A stretch of DNA of 64,000 nucleotides from Chrysomallon squamiferum. Taxonomy: Eukaryota; Animalia; Mollusca. The notes under the pieces are model-generated. The model was not told the DNA's origin. It saw only the letters and a program-made list of their open reading frames with translations, and searched no databases. A program made the translations under genes and the position numbers. Each line of letters starts with the position of its first letter. Position 1 is the first letter of the stretch. The stretch is taken from assembly GCA_012295275.1 (NCBI GenBank), contig CM022674.1, positions 12,710,001-12,774,000 on the forward strand, given 5' to 3'. This document shows positions 53,401 through 64,000 of the stretch, piece after piece.

Positions 53401-56400
53401 TGCCCTTTGAAGGAACTCTCTGGTGCAGTTTAACACTCTGAGTACTTTCACCCAGTGATGCTGTGTGGGCAGCTCTTTTTAAAATCTCCGTGGAAACAAA
53501 AACATTTCAGCACTTGAAAATCGTGTGATTTTGGGGTTCAAAGTAAAAATTTGCGTCTGTTTTTCACTTAACTACATCGCTGTGAGGCTTGTTACAAACT
53601 CCTGGCTGTAGAAAATGTGGCATAAAATGGCAGAATGTGTTTACAGCTTGCTTATCTGCGAGGAAGCAGAAGAAGTCTTCTGTTGCAATTACACGGGCTA
53701 TTTGTTCTCAGGCAGACGTAGACTGAGAATCATCACAGTGGAGGAGGTGGCCATTTGATGTTTGCTTGATGGAGGCCTGTGGACGTTCTTCATCTGGTAG
53801 CCATTTTGGGGATGTCCTTTGGTGAGGGTTTTGTGGATGATCTTTATCTGAAGGGCATTTTGGGGATTTTTGTCATCTAGTGGGAATTTAATGGATATTT
53901 GAACTTGGTGGGGAGTTTGTGGACATTCTTCTTGTATGGGAGTCAAGTTGATGTTCTTTATTGGTGTGGATCCTGTAGATAGTCTTCAGCTAGTAGAAAA
54001 CTGGCATACACTGGTAGCCCCCCTGATGTATGAATTTATTACAGTTCCAGTGATGATACAATTAAATAGTCAAATATAATTGTTCTTATGCTTTATGTTT
54101 AGTTAAGATTGGATGGCAAGGAACAAAACAAAACAAAGAGAAGGTAACTTGGAAATATGTAGAAAGTATTCAGCCTGTTTGGTTCATCAGATACACACAT
54201 CAGTACTGGTTAAAGTGTGGTAATATTCTGGTTTGGTGGGACCTTGTGGATGTCTCTGCCTGATGAGATGTCAACTTGCTGGATCCCTGTTAGCCTGGCT
54301 GGAGACCTCGTAAACTGTGGGTTAATGAGAACCTTTTATACAATTCAGTCCTGGTGGGATTTTCCTAAACAGATCTGTTTCACAGTGTAAAGTTGTTAGA
54401 TGTTGCTTAGTTGTAGGATGCAGCCTCTGTTTTAGTTTTCTTCTGTTTGATCTCATACACTCACACAGACAGACAGACAGACATTGATGACAGACACAGG
54501 CAGAATAGACAGACAGACAGATGGAAGTAGATAAACATAGAAAGACAGCAGCTATGGAAATCTGTTGTCAGAATTTGGTGTTGAATGTGTATGGGAAAAC
54601 ATCCATCTATGTATCTATTGATCCAGTTATTTAGTGATAATCTTGATGTATCTAAAATGAGCAGTGTGTTAACAGACATTGACTTGTTATTAACTTGGAA
54701 ACAATAATGAAAAAGAAAAAAGAAAAGAAAGAAAACTATTTAATGTTCTTGGAAAGAAAACTATTTAAAGTTCTTGTCTGAAATGTTCCTGTTTTAGCTT
54801 CTTTTGTGTACAGTATTTTCTGAAATCTCCATGTTGGTAACATCTGAAGTGTTTTTCTGATACATGCACTTTCGTGTCTGTATTGTTCCTACATTTACAC
54901 TTGTGTTACATCTGTGTAAGATAACAGTGTGTTCTCTTGTACATTGTTTTTTATACAGTAGTTTCTGTGTTGCTGTGTGCAGTGATATCTGTAAACTGAA
55001 ACAACATCTGTGTGTCTATTCTTTCACCAGGTGTTCAGTGTACTGTGGCTACAAGCACATTTTAACAGATGTCTTCCCGGGATACTGTTTTATTGGTTAA
55101 TACGCTGATGTTTAAAAAAAATAAACAAACAAAATATATGTGTGTTATACACACATGCAAATATGCACAAATGCATGCAGACATGAGTGCATGCAATTAC
55201 ATACACATTTGCTCAAAATTTAGTTGTGTTACTGAAGAAGTTGTGTTGAATGCATACAAAAGGATTACCGGTCTTAAACATTCATTATGTTATCTTGATT
55301 TGGAATAGTGATATTTTGTTGTGTGTGTTTTTTTTAATCTTTTTTGTTAATATGAGGGGTAGTGTTTTGTGTGTATGTTGGTTTAATTTAAATGTAAATT
55401 AATGATTTGAAATAATTCCGTTTTATTTAGTAACCAAAAAACCTTTTAAAAAATTGAATTTTGTTTTTGTTTTGTTTGTTTTTTTTTTTTTTGTTTTATC
55501 TGTATTTGTGTTGTTTTTGTTTTTATTTGATTTAGCTTTGTTTTATTTTATTTGGATTTTTTTTTTTTTTTTTATTTGGATTTTTTTTGTTTTAATTTTT
55601 TTTTAAGCGATTTCATTTACTTAGTTATTTATTTAATTGAAAAGAATAGTTACTAGAATAAATAAAATTTCTGGGGCATAAATATAATCTATGATGATGA
55701 TGATGATGATGATATTAGTAATAATAATTATAATCACACTGGCAGATTTCTAATCAAACTGTAAAAATAACTTTGATATAATGATAATTTAATAATAAAT
55801 TGATAATTAAATTTATATAATGATTAATTAATAGTTTACTTACAACAGTGATGACAAATTAATTAATAAATAAATAGAAAACAGGAACAAAAATATCACC
55901 CTGATAAATACATAGTTAACGGATAAAAATAACTGATAAATTAACAATTAAATTTCATAATAATGACAACCGGATAAACTCTTATTTTAGTTACAAAAAA
56001 TCATTAAATGGAAAATCAAACCAACAATCCCCTCTCTCTCTGACAAATTCCTATCAAGGATTAAAAATGATTTCTGATTCCTGTAACTGAAAACTAATAG
56101 AAACAGCCAAGTGATGAATTGATCCTGAGCAGTAACAGCGACTTCTAACACTAGAAGCTAAATAGAAATACAGCCAACTGATAAATTCACAATTAAATGG
56201 TCATGTTTGGCTATCTTGGACAGTCCAGGACTGGTCAGCCAACATCTTATCAAACAAACCAACACTGGACTCGTCTTTCTAGTGGCCCCTGTAGCACGAC
56301 AATCTTAATTTGTTCCTGTTTCCTTTCCGATGGTCAAGTGATCTGCTGATCTGGTTAGTCTGAAACTTTCATTGACAGTTTAAACAAAGAGAAGAGAGTC

Positions 56401-57859
56401 TAGAAAACTAACAGTACACTGATTTCACAAGACAGATAGTTTTAACAAATAACCTGTGCAGATATTTTTCATTATTTTACACCTGTTCAGAAATCTTTCA
56501 CTATTTTTCCCTGTTCAGATACTTTCAGGTTTTTTTCCTCCACATATCAGTATTTTTGTAAAAAAACAGAAAACTCTTCAAGTGGTTTGATATTCTGCTG
56601 GTTTTTCAGTTGGTTTTAAAATTAATCTAAAAGTAGTTAGCGATGACTCAGTGGAATTGTGGTCTAAGTGGAGATAACTCATTTCAATTATGGGAGATAA
56701 TTTTTGTTTATTGAGGATTTTGAAAGCCCGAATAGTGTTATCACTGAATTGTTATTTGTGGTGGATTTTGAAGATAATTAGTCAAGGTTTTTTTTTTCAA
56801 GAATAAATTTTGTTTGTTGTTGTGGTTGTGGATTTTTATATTAAGAATATTATTACTGAAGCACCTTCAGTGGATAATTTAGAAACAAAAAATGAGCTTG
56901 TGTTAATTCTGCTGGTGTTAAGTCTTTTATTTATTATTGTGAATTGAATTTTTGATTTTTTTATAATAATAATTTGTTGCTTGTCACTGTTTACACAGTT
57001 TTGAAGATAGTTTTCTGTAAAATTAAACACAGTGCATAAAAAGTTATTATATTAAACATAGATCAACAACACTTGTTATGTGAAAAAATCTGCACTGTAG
57101 GAAAAGTCATATGTAATAAAATCTGGAATATATAATTTTTGATAGAATTAAAAGGTTTATTGTTATCTAAATTTAGAGACAGTGAGTATTTTTTTTAAAT
57201 GTATTTAAACAGATATATATACACACAGGTTGTGTTTTGTGGTTTGTGTGTGTGTGTGTGTGCGTGTGTGTGTGTGTGTGTGTGTATGCATGTGTCTCTG
57301 TGTTTTTGTGTGTGCATGTGCAACTACAAATCATAGAGAAAACTCCAAACTCTTCTTCTTTCCACCTCACTGGTCATTAATTATAATTATTCACTTCTTA
57401 TAATTATTATAAATTTTTTTTTTTCTCTCTTTTCTTGTGGAATTTCTGAAATGCACAGCTTCGCATAGCAATGTTGTGAATGTGAATATTTCTAAAGGTT
57501 AGCCTTTTCTACCTGTCACATTTCTGTCTGGTATTGACACTAATTGAAAATATTATTAATACTTTGTCTGGCTTCCTGTCAAATGTTGTGATATTCAGCC
57601 ACCAGCCCCCCCTCCCCAAGAAGAAAAAAAAAAAAAAAGGTTTCCTCCAGGCATCACCAGGCTCTTGACAGATTTTATGTAACTAAATTCAGATTTCAAT
57701 AATAGTCTGATGTCAGTCAAACATAATAATATGTCTGTCTGTCTGTCTGTCTGTCTATTTACGTCCTTTTTCTAAGTGAATTTGGATGTGCTGTTGTGTG
57801 TGTGTGTGTGTGTGTGTCTGTGTGTGTGTGTGTGTGTACAGATAGTCACACACATAGAT

Positions 57860-57862
57860 AAA

Positions 57863-57906
<44 letters not shown>

Positions 57907-58513
57907 CATACAAATACATACATCCACACAGTTGACCACATTGACAGCTATACATACATACATTCATATATTCATATATTCATACATTCATACATTCATA
58001 CATACGTACGTACATACATCCACACAGTTACCAGTCACCATCCTGACAGCTATACATACATACATACATACATATACATACATACATACATACATACATT
58101 CATACATGTACATACATACATACATACATACATACATAAATACATACATACATACATTCATACAAACATACATACATATGTACATACATACATACATAAT
58201 ACATAAATAAAAACATACACACACATACATACGTACGTACGTATGTACGTACATACATACATACATACATACATACATACATACATAGGTACATACATAC
58301 AAACATACATACATACATAAATACATACATACAAACACACACACACATACATACATACATACATACATACATTCATACATGTACATACATACATACATAC
58401 ATACATACATACATACATACATACATACATACATACATACATACATACATACATACATAAATACATACATACATACATACATACATTCATACAAACATAC
58501 ATACATATGTACA

Positions 58514-58547
<34 letters not shown>

Positions 58548-58570
58548 CATACAAATATACATACATAGAC
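57860..58570. repeat. (TA)n followed by a long (TACA)n microsatellite
   Basis: Read directly; it explains the YIHT/MYVC ORFs. Confidence 0.95.
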
Positions 58571-59073
58571 ACACAAGTGTCTGTGTGAGTGGGTATTTAA
58601 ATTTTTATTTTTAACACTATACTGTTGTCATGGTTACCATTCTTTAATTATTTATGAGCTTTAGTTCATTTAGTGTAGGTGTGTGTTTTTTTTTGTTAAT
58701 TCACATTAAGTTTAAAAATTAAATTAATTTTTAATGTTTAATCTATACATTTCTTATTTACACAGTACATCTGTCTGTGTGTCTAGCTGTTCAGATAATA
58801 TGAAGTATTTAAATAAACTTCTAATTATATATATTAAATAGAAAATAAATATTTTAACTAAATAAATAAAATAAAAAAATAATTAAATAATAATGAAAGT
58901 TCATTAAATATAAAAATAATAAAACCTCTAATAAAATAAACAAATAATTTAATTTTTAGAAAAGAGGAGAAAAAAAAGCACATAAAAAGATAACAGTAAT
59001 AGATTAATTATAAAACATTATGATTTTAACTTTGTTAAATTTGTGATAAAAATTATGCATTATGTAGCAGTTA

Positions 59074-59144
<71 letters not shown>

Positions 59145-60121
59145 AAGAAATTAAATAATTTACAAAACATCGAGCTTTTAGCTTTGTTAAATTTGTGATG
59201 GAATGATGAATTATTTAGCTGTTAGAATGTGAGGGAGAGAAATAGTGAGTGAGTGTAAGTGTGAGCACAGTCTCGAGTGCTATGATTGGTTTTCTCCCTT
59301 TTCTGACACTCTTTTGTGAGTGGAGATAACAAGCTTATTTCACATACAAAAGAGATCTTGCTTCACTTCTTAACCCTGGTACAGCCGGCTGAATACTGAG
59401 CATGCCCCTGAAAGGCTGACCTTTTCTCTGAAGTGAAACAGAGATTTGCAGATACTTGGCTACAAGTGTCTTGTATCATCCACATGTGTAATGTTATTTG
59501 TGTGATCTTCTGTGTGCTATATATCTGTGTGGTATATCATCTGTAATATATTATTTGGTAAATTGTCTGTATTATATTTGTGTGTAGATCATCTGTATGT
59601 ATCTGTGTGTGTTAAACTGTCTTCATACTCTCTCTCTCTCTTTCTCTCTCTCTCTATGTCTTTTTTTTCTGTATCTGAATAATAACCTTTTTGCTGACCT
59701 GCTGACCTGCCTATACCATTAATATTAGTAATAATGAAAACATGCCAAAGTTAAATATAAAAGTGTGGTATGTACTATCCTGGTGTTCAAACAACTAAAA
59801 AATATTTTATAAAATGATAAATGTTTTGCCAAAAGTGTATCAGATGTTTTAAAAAAATAAAAATAAAAATAAAAAACAATGTATGTCATCACTCAGTTGT
59901 AAGCTTTATCATGTTTAATTTTTTATTTTTATGTCTTTGACAACAGATGTCACTGACATTTGTTGTTTTAGCTAAATTTAAAATGCAAAATTTTTAGTGA
60001 AACAAGGGAGATAAATCTTCATAATTTTCTTTTCTGGTGACTCCAGTTTTAAAAACACAGATAAAATGAAATTAATATCCAGTTTAATAATAATAATAAA
60101 AATAATAACTACAGCAACAGC

Positions 60122-60152
<31 letters not shown>

Positions 60153-61204
60153 GTGACATTACTTATACTGTTCCTTTCGTTATTCTTTCTATTGTTATTT
60201 TTTATTTATTTTTATTCAAACAAATATTTATTTATTTATTTTCTTTGAATTTGTTACTTGCACTAAAACTAAACTGAAGATACTTTAATTCAGAAATACT
60301 ATCAGATGCCTGACATGACAGTAGTCACTTGATCGAATCTTGAATGAGGAACCTTATCTGTTTTTCTTATTAATGTTCCAACCAGTGTGTAGTAATAAAT
60401 ATACTAACAACTTTAAATCAAAGTCATCATATGTTGTTTTTTTTTGTTTTTTTAATTCAGAATATTAAAATTTAAAATTCATTTCTTTACATTCATATTT
60501 GAAGTGTTTATATGTCTATAACAATTTTTTTTTTTAGAAAGTATTTCCTTTTCTTTATTTTGAAATTTGACTTATATTTATGAAGAGTACAAACACAAGG
60601 AACCATAACTCTGATTAGAATTGTACACTTGAAAAATAGTAATGTTTTATATGTATGTATGTATGTATGTACGTGTGTGTGTGTATATATATATATACAT
60701 GAATGAATGAAGAAATAAGAAAATAAAAATAATGTATATTTCAGACACAATTTTGATGAATATGTTTGAGTCAACAACACAAACCATAAATTTTCGAAAA
60801 CACTGGCTAAAAAAAACAACCGAGAAAGGTATTCATTTCAGTTAATGTGATCACTTGACTCCAGCACCTGATAATTTTATGAGTTTGAAATGTTTCTAAA
60901 ACAAACAAACAGCCAGCTTGGTAATAATGTATGAATAATACCTTGTCACTGTTTGTGGCTTGGAGAAATTCAAAACAACAGCGTGACACAAAACAGAAGC
61001 TGTAGGTACAAAATAAACACCTCAATGACAGAAAGTGCAAACGCTCTGTTTAAATTGCATATGTGTTTGGTTTTTTATCTTTGTTTTGCCTTTATTTGTT
61101 TGCATTGTATCTGTGTATGTTGTATAATGTATAAGGTAATAGTAAGAAGAAACATAGCTGCAACAGAATAGAAAAATATTATGTTTAAACTATGAATAAT
61201 TTTT

Positions 61205-61612
61205 TGTAGACAGACTGACAGTACTTCAGTCTTTAAGATAATGTAGACAACTGACAATACTGCAGTCTTTGTTTAAAATAAAGTAGACAAACTGACAGTA
61301 CTGCAGTCTTTGTTTAAGAGAATGTAAACTGACAGTACTTCGGTCATTTTTTAACATAGTGTAGACAAAACTGACAGAACTTCAGTCATTGTTTAAGACA
61401 ATGTAGATAAGTTGACAGTGTATAACTAATTAAGATTCTGTACATAAACTGACAGTACTTAAAAATCACTGTTTAACATTGTGTAAACACACTGACATAC
61501 TTCAGTCACTCTGTCATACTGACTGTGTGCTCCATGTAGACAAACTGACAGTACTTCAGTCACTCTGTCATACTGACTGTGTGCTCCGTGTAGACAAACT
61601 GACAGTACTTCA
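61205..61612. repeat. Tandem array, unit about 40-55 bp
   Basis: Recurring tgtagacaaactgacagtacttcagtc. Confidence 0.85.
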
Positions 61613-62896
61613 CATCGAGTGTGTGTTTAACAAATAAGAAGCCTAATGTCGTGTGATACAGTGGTTTATTTAATACCCATCCCATCCAATCTGTGGACAC
61701 ATCAGGCAGGTTTATCAAACATTGATGCACATTATGTCATGCCGGGCTTTGTAGCAGCAGCAGCTTGTGTCTCCGCGATGTTAAATAATAAATGCTAGAT
61801 TCTTTAAAGCTAGATTTGGTTTCCTAGATTGGTAAAGAAACAGCTTTTTTGTGGGACGAGTAGTGAAAGATTTATCACTTGGTGTTAAATACAAAAATAT
61901 ATTCAACGGAAGATTATGCATGATGTTGATGGTGGAAGAAGCAGAGATGAGAATGAGGCTTTGTAAATGGCGGTGAGGGGAAAAAAATGAGATGGGTTGG
62001 GGTGTGTGATGAAGAAATAAGTAAATGTGAAATTAAATAAAAAAAAAAAATAAAAAATATAAAAAGTTTAATTAGTATTAAGTTGGAATTATTATAAAGT
62101 TATAGTTATTATTTAAAAAAATAAAAATAAAAATAAAGATGAAAGATATTTTAAGTCTTTCATTATTTTTAAAAAACAGTCTTTAATTTGGACATACACT
62201 GGATTCATAGAAATAAAAAAGCCAAAAATTAAAATAGATTTTATTAATGCAATGTAAAAATGATTTTCTGCTATTACTGCTATTATAACTTATCCTACTA
62301 CTTCTTCCTCTACTACTACTGTTACAACTACCACCACCACAAACACAGCTATGGCAATAACTATCACTACAACAGCACTATCAAGTAGTGTTCCATCTAA
62401 AATTATGATTACTTTTATTACTGTAGATATTACTCATAGGGGGATATTATTTATAACAATATACCTGATATCATTTTACTTTACACTTTTTTTTTTTTTT
62501 TTTTTTACTAACTTCAAATTTTTATTTCCCCCATAATGACAACATCTGAAGTATTTCAATGATGGAAATATTAAAGTACAGCAAACCTTGATGATAATGA
62601 TCTGATTGGTTGATAGTTTCAATTAATAATTTAAAATTAAATGTGTCCTTTGTTCACAGGCTGTTTTGAAAACTGACAGTTTTATTTCTTGTTAAATTTA
62701 TGTTATTGAAGAAATGTAATATGAAAAAGTATGGGTATTAAATAAAATCATAAAAAAGTAATTTATGCATTTTTTATTCAGTATAGTGTTTAAAATAAAG
62801 GCTGTATATGGATATATTTATATATTTAAGTGCATTTGAGAATATGTATGTATATATTAAATTATACATGTGAGTATGTATATATTAAATTATATA

Positions 62897-62928
<32 letters not shown>

Positions 62929-64000
62929 CATTTTTTACACACAGTATACACATATATGCACATGTACACATACACAACTCATATGCTTATGAGTGTGTGT
63001 GTTATATAAACATGTTTGTACTTTTGATATATACAATACTAACATCCAGTCACACACACACACACAAACAAACACAAACAAACACACACACACACACACA
63101 CACACACATTCAAAAATGACAAACTTTAAATTTTACACTTCAACATTAAAAAAAAAAAATTAAATAATAATAATAAAAAATACAAAATGACTGACTTGTA
63201 TAAAGAAAGGGAAAAAAAAAGTGCTTGCCATATTGTCATAACATTACATCACAGACACAAACTACTATTACAGTAACTCACACACACAAACATCTTTATC
63301 TGTGACTCACAATCTAAGTAGCAAGCAGTGAGTTAATGATGTAACCTGTGATTTAGTCATTTCCCAAACAGCTACAGGCAAAATTAATAGGAGGACTGCC
63401 ACTCTAACTTATCGTTGTCACTGGACTCAGTCTGTGCAGACCCCCGTGTCTTCTCAACACCCTGCTCATAGCTGCTTGTTTGTCAGCCATGTTGGATCAG
63501 CCATAAATAGTAACACTGTTGGAGTCTAGTCTATTTGACAGCGATTGTGCTACAGAAAAGGTTTGTGTTGTTTGTGGACAGTGAGAATGGACGAACAGAC
63601 AGTGGATGTAATGGCTGAAGGTGTTGAATGAGCTGTGGATGTTGTGGTTGAAGCAGAAGGGTGAGTGGTTGGTGTAGTGTTGTAGGTGGTGTGGTGTGTT
63701 TCACTCTCTGCTTTGTGTTACTGCTTTTACAGTGAGGTGGGCTCCACAAGATCTGGCTCTTTCTCTTTTTTTGTTCTCTCTCTTTCTCTCTTTCTCTTTC
63801 TCTTTCTCTCACTCCTTTTAAACAAATGTATTTAGTAGACTGGCTTAAAGCAGAAGCATATTTCAGTAATTAGAAGACAACAGTAATGTCACTGTAATAA
63901 AAAATAGTATTGTTTGTGTGAAAAATCTTTATCAGTCGTACCCTTGAATAGTGTTGATGCCCCTTTAACGAAACAGGGTTATAATAGTGTGTGTGAGAAA

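Noticed and set aside
49579-64000. Next RERE exon (SANT helix 3, YY.WKK)
   Set aside because: Not found. The TGGAAGAAG near 61933 is bounded by in-frame stops, so the exon presumably lies beyond the window.

Overview
AT-rich, microsatellite-dense animal genomic DNA, probably an invertebrate (mollusc-like is only an inference). There is no sign of prokaryotic operons, CRISPR arrays or RNA genes. The window appears to lie inside one + strand gene, an RERE/atrophin-2 (EGL-27-like) transcriptional co-repressor. Six GT-AG coding exons (35029-35125, 38660-38813, 39357-39490, 40190-40289, 43549-43647, 49498-49578; 665 nt) splice in frame to the C-terminal BAH domain, ELM2 and the first part of SANT: xSGKESSSKQSLVRSRELFTSDATDTYPVSALR/[190 protein letters not shown] could not find the neighbouring exons, which implies introns of >35 kb upstream and >14 kb downstream. 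The introns are a mosaic of GC-richer unique islands, locally amplified minisatellites and microsatellites. Nearly all ORFs in the supplied track are repeat artefacts. The best leads are a frame-preserving 96-nt candidate cassette exon (30986-31081), a candidate poison or alternative 5' exon (13688-13871), a perfect donor motif at the start of a coding exon, TALE/Hox/T-box motif clusters, and a templated-insertion signature. I do not see convincing evidence of a wholly new biological system.
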